Part shown: positions 1 through 10,340 of the stretch, piece by piece
How the letters are laid out: each line of letters starts with the position of its first letter
Numbering within the stretch: position 1 is the first letter of the stretch
Assembly: GCF_001194135.2 (NCBI RefSeq)
Contig: NC_068996.1
Coordinates: 5,343,887-5,380,138, forward strand
Direction: 5' to 3'
Source of the DNA: Octopus bimaculoides
Lineage: Eukaryota
Length of the DNA: 36,252 nucleotides
Notes under the pieces: generated by a model
Databases searched by the model: none
Told to the model about the DNA's origin: nothing
Seen by the model: the letters and a program-made list of their open reading frames with translations, nothing else
Made by a program: the position numbers and the translations under genes

Positions 1-32
1 GATGTAAGTATGTACATATACGTATGTGTATA

Positions 33-100
<68 letters not shown>
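1..100. repeat. (TA)n/(GA)n microsatellite
   Basis: Direct dinucleotide runs. Confidence 0.95.
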
Positions 101-102
<2 letters not shown>

Positions 103-633
103 ACAAAATACAGCGAGAACCTGACAACTATGTGTTTATTCATTCTTATATTCTTAGACGTAAATATAAGTTGTTGTGTTTCTGCTGTTGAGTTCCGTCT
201 TCAATAAACATCTCTCTTTAGACTATGTGTATAGATAACATACTCTTTTTAATAATGTCAACGTACTCTCAGACACCGTTGTTTCAGCATGATTCTTTCT
301 CCTCAGCTGAGAGGCGGCACCCGGTAATCTAAGCTAAACAAAATTGTGTGTTCTGCTCTGTAGAATTCAGCAAACAAAATATCAGTTGCCAGGGTTACAC
401 TATATTATTATGGGCAGTAAAAGAAAGAAATGTGCATATTAGTTCTTTGTTTCGTTTCGGTATACTTCAGCATAAGTATGAGTTTTCGCTGACGTCATTT
501 AAAACGCTTTCCACACACGTCGTCTTAAAGAATTTGTTTTCCGAAAGTGGAATCCAAACGCGAAAAGCCATATTCACGTCCAACGTTGTTGCAATGTGTT
601 GAAGACGATTATAACAACCATACTTATACTTTA

Positions 634-758
634 AATGTGTGTGTGTGTGTATATGTGTGTGTATGAGTGTGTGTGTGTGTATATGCGTGCTTGTGCGCGC
701 CGGCGTGTGTGCGTATACAAATGTGTCTGCATATGTATGCATATATGTATGTATCTAT

Positions 759-819
<61 letters not shown>

Positions 820-1170
820 NNNNNNNNNNNNNNNNNNNNNNNNNNNNNNNNNNNNNNNNNNNNNNNNNNNNNNNNNNNNNNNNNNNNNNNNNNNNNNNNN
901 NNNNNNNNNNNNNNNNNNNNNNNNNNNNNNNNNNNNNNNNNNNNNNNNNNNNNNNNNNNNNNNNNNNNNNNNNNNNNNNNNNNNNNNNNNNNNNNNNNNN
1001 NNNNNNNNNNNNNNNNNNNNNNNNNNNNNNNNNNNNNNNNNNNNNNNNNNNNNNNNNNNNNNNNNNNNNNNNNNNNNNNNNNNNNNNNNNNNNNNNNNNN
1101 NNNNNNNNNNNNNNNNNNNNNNNNNNNNNNNNNNNNNNNNNNNNNNNNNNNNNNNNNNNNNNNNNNNNNN

Positions 1171-1260
<90 letters not shown>
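634..1260. repeat. (TG)n-like, (GA)n, (AT)n and (GT)n microsatellites around an N-gap (820-1170)
   Basis: Direct repeats flanking an assembly gap. Confidence 0.95.
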
Positions 1261-1263
<3 letters not shown>

Positions 1264-1301
1264 CATATATATGTATATACATAAATAAATATTAACAAGG
1301 A

Positions 1302-1507
1302 AAAAGGCGGTGAGGTGGCAGTTTCGTTAGCACGCTGGACAAAATTCTAACCTGAGTTTCGTCCGTTTTTACGTTCTGCATTTGACTTTGCCTTTCCTCC
1401 TTTCGAGCTCAATAAGTTTAGTACCAATCAGGCGCTAAGGTCGATGTAATACACTAGCTCCTCCCCTCAAACTATCAGGGTCTTTCCTTATCGTAAAAAG
1501 GAATATT
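1302..1507 (+). mobile_element. tRNA-derived SINE, family A, with 14-bp TSD
   Basis: Head GGCGGTGAGGTGGCAG..GTTAGCACG; body GACTTTGCCTTTC..AGTACCA..GGTCGATGTAAT shared with copies at 5135, 24147 and 33761; AATATTAACAAGGA at 1288-1301 and 1502-1515. Confidence 0.85.
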
Positions 1508-1824
1508 AACAAGGAGAATGGAGTGAACGCTTCGTTTTATTGCATAGTCCTACAATTGTTTCATCGAAGATTTTTGCCACGATATTTTTATATAATGTGC
1601 GAAATAATACATTGTATCAGTATTATATAACCAATACTGGAAAAAATCGACTCATCAGGTTCATGTATAAATTGCTTTGTTGAATGAACCTCTATTTCAC
1701 AGAATATATACTCTTCGTTGAAGATGTTACCATTAGCATATCATGGTTAAAAATGAATTTAAAAAAGACAAGTACATATACCACAAATCCAAATTAATCT
1801 GTCGAGAACAAAAGAATGAAGTGA

Positions 1825-1904
1825 AAATAAATAAATATATAAATAAATAAATATATAAATAAATAAATATATAAATAAATAAATATATAAATAAATAAAT
1901 TTAT
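1825..1904. repeat. 16-bp minisatellite (AAATAAATAAATATAT) x5
   Basis: Four exact units and one with a single substitution. Confidence 0.9.
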
Positions 1905-3241
1905 AAATAATTAAATAAATCTATAAGATAACATATCTTTGTATCTCAAGAATCATAAGTCTATTAATAGCTAGTGTCTTTTCTAAAGTCATTGGGGGAA
2001 TAACCGCACTACTGAGTATCTACTTTGTAATTTGATATTGTCATCCAGAGTTAATTATCAAACGTTTTTCGCTACCAATTGATTTAGTAGCGGGCCGCTA
2101 TTAAAAATATGTGCTATGTTCACCCGCTATCCGCGAACACACAGACATAGATGATTTTTCTTGGAAGATTAAAGTTATTTCTTTGCTAAAATATGTTTGC
2201 TTTTGAAGTAATAAATACATAAATCAAGCGAATTATTGAAATGATGTACAATGTTCAGAGAGAATGAGAAACCAATTCTCATGCCATGATATGATAAATA
2301 TACATACATATATTATACATGTGTGTGTGTATTTGTATGTATGTATGTATGTATGTATGTGTGTATGTATGTATGTATATATGTATATGTGCATATATAA
2401 ATATAATATTATGAAGTAATAATGTATAATAACTAAATTAAAACTATCATATACTGACATAATAATACAATATTTATACAGACATTCACACATATACCCA
2501 TACGTTCACATACACTCTTATAAAATCCTAAGGTAAAGACATGCATGGCAATATACAGATAGGTGAAATCATAGAGATATTCATACACACTNNNNNNNNN
2601 NNNNNNNNNNNNNNNNNNNNNNNNNNNNNNNNNNNNNNNNNNNNNNNNNNNNNNNNNNNNNNNNNNNNNNNNNNNNNNNNNNNNNNNNNNNNNNNNNNNN
2701 NNNNNNNNNNNNNNNNNNNNNNNNNNNNNNNNNNNNNNNNNNNNNNNNNNNNNNNNNNNNNNNNNNNNNNNNNNNNNNNNNNNNNNNNNNNNNNNNNNNN
2801 NNNNNNNNNNNNNNNNNNNNNNNNNNNATATATATATTCATGCATACATATAAATATATATGTGTATATATTTTTACACACAACCTACGTACATAAAGTT
2901 TTACAGAAGCGATTATATTTATCGAATATACCAAAGTTAAAATTTCATATCTTCTGATATCCGCTTTTTCAAAACACATTTCTATTTAAATATTGTTTCA
3001 AATACTTATTTTCAAATACAGTATTGAGATTTTGCAAGGTGGATATCAAATGTTACTAAAACAATTAATCATTTTCCTTTAAATATTTTTCCCGTATTTC
3101 CTGAAAGTTTTTCAAATCTGTGACAATATCTCATAATGATCTCCGAATGTTTGTTAATTAATCCTTCTTTAAATAGCAACACACACAATCTCTTCAAAGC
3201 AAAGTCTGCATAATCAGGAGTTTGCATTATATGGCTATGCA

Positions 3242-3296
3242 GTTTTTATCCTTGACCAGATGTTTTTATCCTTGACCAGATGTTTTTATCACTGAC
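3242..3296. repeat. 20-bp tandem repeat GTTTTTATCCTTGACCAGAT x2.7
   Basis: Two exact units plus a diverged partial third. Confidence 0.9.
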
Positions 3297-3534
3297 CTAC
3301 TTTCTGTCAGATTCCATATTAGGTAGGCTTGTGACGTGTTGAGCCTTTTATCTTTACATTTTAATGACGTAATGTTGTTAGGCTATAGATTTTTGAAAAA
3401 AATCAAAAGTTGTACCTATATATGTTTATACTTTTGTTTTTGTCCGGAAAGTGGACCTGTACACGATGGTTTTTGGTGACATTTATTATCTAGGGGATAT
3501 GTAAATTTATTTCTACAATTGCACTTATTATAAA

Positions 3535-3863
3535 AATGGTCATTATTTGCGTTTCTCATGTTACTGTCATCGATATTAATAATACTATAATTATCATTTT
3601 TATTACCACTATTTTTATTATGATTATTATCATTGTTATTATCATTACTATCATTACTATTGTTGTTAATAACATTAATCTTACTGTTATGCATGCGAGC
3701 ATAACAATTCTTATTATTGCTATTGTTATAATTGCTCGACTTACATTATTTTTCTTATTGCATTTAATCTCAACATTGCCATCTACATTTTTATTTTTAT
3801 TTTCTTCTTTGCTCGCAACACACACACACACACACACACACATACACACACACACACACACAC
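3535..3863. repeat. Degenerate (ATT)n low-complexity tract followed by (CA)n
   Basis: Ile/Thr-rich pseudo-ORF composition; adjoins the N-gap 3864-4845. Confidence 0.85.
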
Positions 3864-5130
3864 NNNNNNNNNNNNNNNNNNNNNNNNNNNNNNNNNNNNN
3901 NNNNNNNNNNNNNNNNNNNNNNNNNNNNNNNNNNNNNNNNNNNNNNNNNNNNNNNNNNNNNNNNNNNNNNNNNNNNNNNNNNNNNNNNNNNNNNNNNNNN
4001 NNNNNNNNNNNNNNNNNNNNNNNNNNNNNNNNNNNNNNNNNNNNNNNNNNNNNNNNNNNNNNNNNNNNNNNNNNNNNNNNNNNNNNNNNNNNNNNNNNNN
4101 NNNNNNNNNNNNNNNNNNNNNNNNNNNNNNNNNNNNNNNNNNNNNNNNNNNNNNNNNNNNNNNNNNNNNNNNNNNNNNNNNNNNNNNNNNNNNNNNNNNN
4201 NNNNNNNNNNNNNNNNNNNNNNNNNNNNNNNNNNNNNNNNNNNNNNNNNNNNNNNNNNNNNNNNNNNNNNNNNNNNNNNNNNNNNNNNNNNNNNNNNNNN
4301 NNNNNNNNNNNNNNNNNNNNNNNNNNNNNNNNNNNNNNNNNNNNNNNNNNNNNNNNNNNNNNNNNNNNNNNNNNNNNNNNNNNNNNNNNNNNNNNNNNNN
4401 NNNNNNNNNNNNNNNNNNNNNNNNNNNNNNNNNNNNNNNNNNNNNNNNNNNNNNNNNNNNNNNNNNNNNNNNNNNNNNNNNNNNNNNNNNNNNNNNNNNN
4501 NNNNNNNNNNNNNNNNNNNNNNNNNNNNNNNNNNNNNNNNNNNNNNNNNNNNNNNNNNNNNNNNNNNNNNNNNNNNNNNNNNNNNNNNNNNNNNNNNNNN
4601 NNNNNNNNNNNNNNNNNNNNNNNNNNNNNNNNNNNNNNNNNNNNNNNNNNNNNNNNNNNNNNNNNNNNNNNNNNNNNNNNNNNNNNNNNNNNNNNNNNNN
4701 NNNNNNNNNNNNNNNNNNNNNNNNNNNNNNNNNNNNNNNNNNNNNNNNNNNNNNNNNNNNNNNNNNNNNNNNNNNNNNNNNNNNNNNNNNNNNNNNNNNN
4801 NNNNNNNNNNNNNNNNNNNNNNNNNNNNNNNNNNNNNNNNNNNNNATATATATAAACCTATTATTATATGTGCTATGATTTTCATCATTTCTGGCAATTC
4901 TATATTTATAATCATAATTAATATCGCCTGGTACGCTTTTCCCAGGATAATCACACCCCTCACATGTTACAAACAGAATTGTTACTTTTTTCTCTAATCT
5001 TCACTAGGAATAGCATTGCTATCATATATATCTTTGTTATTGCTCGTCACTTTAAGTCTTCATAGGTTCGTTTCTTTATTCTTATAACTTCCAAACTTAT
5101 TGTTAGCATTGTTAGTATTTACTTGATTAA

Positions 5131-5326
5131 GACAGTGGGCTGGCAGAATCGTTAGCACGCCGGCCGAAATACTTGGTGACATTTCGTCCGTCCTTACATG
5201 GGTGTCCAAATTCCACCGAGGTCGACTTTGCTTTTCATCCTTTCGTAGTCGATGAAGTTACGCAATGGGTTTAATGTAATCGACTTACCACCTTCTTCTT
5301 TGTGCTTATAATAGAAAGGATTATTT
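5131..5326 (+). mobile_element. tRNA-derived SINE, family A, with imperfect 13-bp TSD
   Basis: A-box-like TGGCAGAATCGTT; GGTCGACTTTGCTTTTCATCCTTTCG body; AGAAAGGATTATT tail; TTTACTTGATTAA (5118-5130) versus TTTATTTGATTAA (5327-5339). Confidence 0.85.
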
Positions 5327-5832
5327 TTTATTTGATTAAATACATTATTACTAAATTAATGAATATAAATATTAGTATTCTAAGTTATGTGATGTTGCAT
5401 ACACTAGCTTCGCTATGTCGAAGTTTTTTTGTGATATTTTTTCGATTTGAGGAAATATCAGTCGAATGCATTGAAACCGTGCTCTCGTAAATTTCGAGAT
5501 TTGGAGTACATGTACAGGGTTATACCATGATATATGTATACACACTGTTTACAACTTGTAAATTTGTACACGGGAGCGAGCGAGTGTTTGCGTGTGTATG
5601 TAGGTGTAACCACAGTGCAGAAATATACGTATTTTGCATAGACACAGGCACAGACATGTGTGTATGTGTCTGTGATTGTGTATGTGTGGTGTGCACGTGT
5701 GTGTAAGAATATATGCCTGTGTATGTATAGTATAGTATTATAAAATTGCTATAATGTTTATAAATATGTGAAACCTTTATTGATAACCGCAGATTTTTGG
5801 GGGGTGGCCACTATGTCAGATATTATCTTTTA

Positions 5833-6099
5833 TTTTTTACTTGTTTCAGTCATTAGACTACGGCCTAGCTGGAGTACCGCCTTGAAGAATTTTTAGTCGA
5901 AAGAATCGGCCCCAGTACTTTTAATTTCTAAATTTGGTACTTATTCCATTGATCTCTTTGCTGAATCGCTAAGTTACGGGTACGCAAACACACCAACCCC
6001 GGTTGTGAAGCGTTGGAGGAAGACAAACAAACACACATATACGCACACACGCATGCGCACAGACACACAGACACACACACACATACATACATACACACA

Positions 6100-6180
<81 letters not shown>

Positions 6181-6350
6181 AAATATAGGACGAGCTTCTT
6201 TGAGTTTCCGTTTCTCAAATCCACTCAAAAGCTTTGGTCGACCCAAAGCTTTAGCAGAAGACACCTGCAGTAGGTGCCACGCAGTGGGCCTGAATCTGAA
6301 ACCATGTGGTTGGGAAGCAAGTTTCTTACTACACGGCCTCACGTGCACCT
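5833..6350 (-). mobile_element. tRNA-derived SINE, family B, with internal (CA)n/(TG)n microsatellite
   Basis: Collinear with copies at 17365-17770 and 22330-22496 (AAATCCACTCA..GGTGCCACGCAGTGGG..ACCATGTGGTTGG); 3' end reads ACTGAAACAAGTAAAA on the minus strand. Confidence 0.88.
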
Positions 6351-6529
6351 ACAATTTTCATTAATAATTTTGCATTAAGTCGTTCAAAAGAAATATCTTA
6401 TAGTTTGTGAATTGGAACTTAAGGTTATATTTTTATTTTACAAATATAGTAAAGCATTTGTGAGTAACATGATGTTACATCGATAATCAGGCAACCCACT
6501 TCGAATAAAAAGTTTTTGTACTAGCAAGA

Positions 6530-6760
6530 TCTGATGGAAGATGCAGAACCCATAATCTTTGCAGCAGGCCTTCGAAGAAAAAACTTGATGCCGTTACCGT
6601 TCTGTTTAAACTGTTTGTTGTGTGGAAGAACATCCCTATGGCTTGCTCCTAATGGAGTGTGCCACAATATAAATGGACATACGTAGAGAGCCTTCAGCGG
6701 TGTAGTGCAGAGTAAAGCCGAGAGTTATTACCGGTATCTTGAGTAGAACGATTTTCGAGA
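6530..6760 (+). pseudogene. Highly decayed CR1-like LINE fragment (RT C-terminal region)
   Basis: Manual translation DAVTVLFKLFVVW..ACS*WSVPQYKWTYVESLQR resembles the CR1 pattern LFKSLV..YCSxLWSP..LESVQR; weak. Confidence 0.35.
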
Positions 6761-6849
6761 ACATTATTATTATTATCCCGTTATATCGTACGTCAAACGT
6801 GCGATATAACACTATTACAGATTAACATCTGCTCTGCAGAATTACTTGA

Positions 6850-7250
6850 TTCTAAGGAGATTCTAGAAGGCTGATATTCTTGGAATGAATGGTTGGGAAA
6901 AGTAGCAACTGCGGGAAAGAACTACCACTTTATATTCGTGTGGAACAGTGTTTGCTACGGTTCGTGGTACGAGAACAGTAAGTAGTGATACAATTAACAT
7001 GGAAGTAGCCAGAACACTTAAAGGCCAGGCGTGTAGCTAATGATGAAGTTCTAATCAGCCGAATGACCCCTTTCTGAATGCAGTCGAGGATGCCAGATGT
7101 AGAAGCAGTATTGTATAGTGGGCCTCAATTATTCCTGTGTGTCAGCAGCTGTAAAGAGCTGAAATATTTTCTGACTCTGAAGAGAAGAGTTAGAGTTTGG
7201 GATGAGATACAAGCTAAGCAATTTGGAAAGAAAAGTAGCCCAATATAAAA
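6850..7250 (+). pseudogene. Highly decayed RTE-like LINE fragment
   Basis: Manual translations FVWNSVCYGSW and RRVANDEVL resemble RTE post-RT motifs (VWSVLLYGxExW; RVTNEEVL). Confidence 0.3.
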
Positions 7251-7264
7251 GAAAAATTTTAAAA

Positions 7265-8280
7265 AGACTTAACATTGTAGAAAGGAAGAGGAAAATAGCC
7301 AGGCTTGGTATGTCAAGAGGACTAAAGAAGAAATGATTGAAGCAGTGAAAATGCAGGGAACATTAAAAGTGAACAAAGCTGCAGTTCCAACCAGAGAGAG
7401 CAGATGAAGAAAATTTGGCAGGACAAGAAAATGCACACGCAGTTCTTGAAGAATAAAGATGAGATTGATTGGAATAGAACCTGGCAAAGGCAGCAGAAAG
7501 GAGACTTTAAAGGGTCCACTGAGGCATTGTGCGCAGCACTCAGGATCAAGCTCTCAGAGCAAACTACTCCAAATATCACATTGATAAAAGCACTGATTCG
7601 CCACAGTGCTCTGAGAAGGAAGAACGTATAAGCCATATTGTTAGTGAGTGCTGTAAGCTTGCACAACGCGAATACAAAAGGAGACCGGACAATGTAGCCA
7701 GATATGTCCACTGGCTGTTGTGCGGTGTAGCAAACTTTGAGAGAGACGAACAATGGTATGAACACAAGCCAGAGGGAGTAATGGAAAACGAATATTACAA
7801 AATATTCTGGGATTTTAACATACAGTGCGACCAAGTCACAGAGGCGAGACATCCAGATATCGTGATAATCCATAAAGATTTATAAGAAGCAAAGATAATA
7901 GATGTTACAATACCAGGTGATTTGAGGGTGAAATGTAAAGAAACAGAAAGGAGTGAGAAATACAAGCCACTGCGGGATGAGATAGGAAAGTTATGGGGCA
8001 TGGGGAAAGTAATTGTGATACCAGTGGTAATTGGAGCATTAGGAGCAGTTTCCAAGGGCTTTGAAAAACATATTAAGAATATTGGAGCTGCTGTCAGGGT
8101 CGAAGTGATCCAAGAGACAGCATTGTTGGGTACAGCTCGCATTTAAAGGAGTGTATTGTCTCTTTGAGTCACAGGAGAAGAAGGCACTATTTGAAACCTT
8201 TGGTGATTTGTTATTGCCTGCTTTCAAGTAAAGAACAATTGGAAATTTAGAACTATCCGAGAGTCTCTCAGAATAACAGC
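7265..8280 (+). mobile_element. 5'-truncated R4/Dong-clade non-LTR retrotransposon (RLE type), decayed
   Basis: Frameshifted ORFs give WQDKKMHTQFL, KGDFKGSTEAL, QDQALRANY, a partly deleted zinc knuckle (PQC..ERISHIVSEC), KRRPDNVARYVHW, KILWDFNIQCD, RHPDIV..IIDVTIPGD..EKY (PD-(D/E)xK endonuclease), IPVVIGALG and TALLGTARI; 3' UTR runs into (AAC)n. Confidence 0.9.
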
Positions 8281-8284
8281 AACG

Positions 8285-8321
<37 letters not shown>

Positions 8322-8460
8322 GGAGGAGGAGGAGGAGGAGAAGAAGAAGAAGAAGAAGAAGAAGAAGAAGAAGAAGAAGAAGAAGAAGAAGAAGAAGAAA
8401 AAGAAGAAGAAGAAGAAGAAGAAGAAGAAGAAGAAGAAGAAGAAGAAGAAGAAGAAGAAC
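8281..8460. repeat. Compound trinucleotide array (AAC)n-(AGG)n-(AAG)n
   Basis: Direct observation; lies between two R4-like fragments. Confidence 0.95.
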
Positions 8461-8670
8461 CTTTTAATGGTCGTATCATTTCCAACAGACGATATGTAAT
8501 AGAGAAAGATTCAAAATATAAAGATCTAAAAATAGAGATAACCAGAATTTTATGGATAGAAAACAGAAGCAATTCCTTTATTAATAGGTGCCTTGGGAAA
8601 GATTAAAATAATAGATGGTTTGGGAAATATTGATAAGGATGCAGACAAACACATAGCCAGAAATTTGCGT
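8461..8670 (+). mobile_element. Second R4/Dong-like RLE C-terminal fragment
   Basis: Translation YVIEKDSKYKDLKIEITR..KTEAIPLLIGALGKIK matches the EKxxKY..IPxxIGALG pattern of the 7265-8280 element. Confidence 0.7.
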
Positions 8671-8750
8671 CCCTTGACTATCACACATGTGAATCATACA
8701 GATGTGTAGTAATGATATGCATTTGACATATATTATCAACAGTACTTAGC

Positions 8751-8787
<37 letters not shown>

Positions 8788-8861
8788 CATGTATGACATG
8801 TCTGTATGTGTGTGTATGTGCGTGCGTGTTTGTGTGTGCGCGCGTGTGTGTGTGAGTGATT

Positions 8862-9188
8862 GAAGGCGTGTGGCTTAGTGGTTTGGGTATTCGGCTTACG
8901 ATGATCGTTAGGTCGTGAGTTCGATTCTCGGTAGCGCATTGTGTCCTTGAGCAAGACACTTTATTTCACGTTGCTCCACTCCAGTCAACTGGCAAAAGTG
9001 AGTGATACCTGTACTTCAAAGGGCCAGCCCTGACACATTCTCTTTCACACAGAATCTCCTTCACAACTACGCTAGTGGTGCGCGTTTTTGTGGAGTACTC
9101 AGCCACTTGCACATTAATTTCATGACCAAGCTGTTCTGTTGATCAGATAAACTGGAATACTCGTTGTTATAACCAAGGAGTGCCAGTT
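8862..9188 (+). mobile_element. tRNA-derived SINE, family C (CORE-like central motif)
   Basis: A box TGGCTTAGTGG (8871-8881); B box GAGTTCGATTCTC (8917-8929); TGTGTCCTTGAGCAAGACACTT (8940-8961) resembles the CORE-SINE motif; followed by (AC)n. Confidence 0.8.
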
Positions 9189-9254
<66 letters not shown>

Positions 9255-9277
9255 ACACACACGTATATTCAAACGCA

Positions 9278-9451
9278 CTAATCGTGACTGAGGGTGCTGG
9301 GTAGAAATAAGGTGCTAGAAATAAGAGCTAAACCTCTTACAACTGCAAGGAAGCACATTTTCATATATTATGTGCTTCCTTACAGTTCTAAGGGACTTAG
9401 CTCTTATTTCTAGCAATATAGATGCTACCCTGCACTCTCAGACACAATTAG
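9278..9451. repeat. Bipartite inverted repeat (foldback, MITE-like)
   Basis: Inner arms 9313-9358 and 9370-9415 match at 41/46; outer arms 9278-9304 and 9425-9451 match at 23/27; 11-nt loop. Confidence 0.9.
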
Positions 9452-9527
9452 GGACGAGTGAATTTTTCACATTTCATTCTATATTGCGTATAGCTGCCTA
9501 CGTTATTTTATAGGCACATCCATCACA

Positions 9528-9968
9528 GCCATATGTGTGCGACATGGTGATCTCATATCAAGATAAACAGCGCATGATCTCGCAGGTGGGGCTCAGTTAG
9601 AATTTTCGTCAGGTCGAGTAGCCCATCCCGCTCGAAAGGTCCCTGCATAAGGTTTGTTTAAGGATGTTGAGCAAAACACCCATGTTTCCAAAGGCGAATT
9701 ATGCAAACCCCAAAGAATTCCTCTCAACACAAGGCTATGATGCTCCCCCACTACTTCTGCTCATGATCAGAGATGTACATATCGTCAGCCACCAAGGCAC
9801 ATGCTCAACTGGTTAAGGTCAAACAACTGACAAGCAAATTTGTGGTATTGAGCAGAATATTTGCTGTAGCCCATCTTTTTATACCAAGACAAAACAATGT
9901 ACATGATAACACTTCCAATCAGTTAAGATCAGAAGCCATGAGAGCCACTACCTGGTATTGCATCCGGG

Positions 9969-10030
<62 letters not shown>
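9528..10030 (+). mobile_element. ATT-tailed interspersed retroposon fragment, copy 1
   Basis: About 430 bp, roughly 90% identical by eye to 12202-12628; ends in (ATT)n. Confidence 0.8.
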
Positions 10031-10033
<3 letters not shown>

Positions 10034-10119
10034 GACGCTGTCATCATCATCATCATCATCATCATTGATGTTGCGGCTGTTACCACTACTACCACAACTA
10101 CTATTATTACCATTAGTCT

Positions 10120-10340
10120 TCAGGCAACGGAATGGCAGGTCTCGTCTGAACGTTGAGAAAAATTTCGTCATAATCCTTCGAGCTCGTAAACGTTGTGTTC
10201 AGATACCATTGTGGTTGATTTTGCAATTTTCCCTTTAATTTCTTGAGGATGGACAAAAATAAAACACCAGTCAAAATCTAGGGTTAAAATATTCGACTAA
10301 TCCTCTCCCTTCAAAATCGCTGTCCCTAAATTAAAAACAA
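10120..10340 (+). mobile_element. Old, degenerate family A SINE
   Basis: Residual GGCAG..ACGTTGTGTTCAGATACC..GGTTGATTTTGC..ACCAGT..TCGACT layout. Confidence 0.4.

Noticed and set aside
296-328. QLRGGTR* peptide suggesting a ubiquitin-like C-terminus
   Set aside because: Only four matching residues; no ubiquitin-fold sequence upstream.
8862-8935. tRNA gene call for A/B-box-containing segments (also 17700-17770 and 24147-24240)
   Set aside because: They continue into SINE bodies and lack a complete cloverleaf; treated as tRNA-derived SINE heads.
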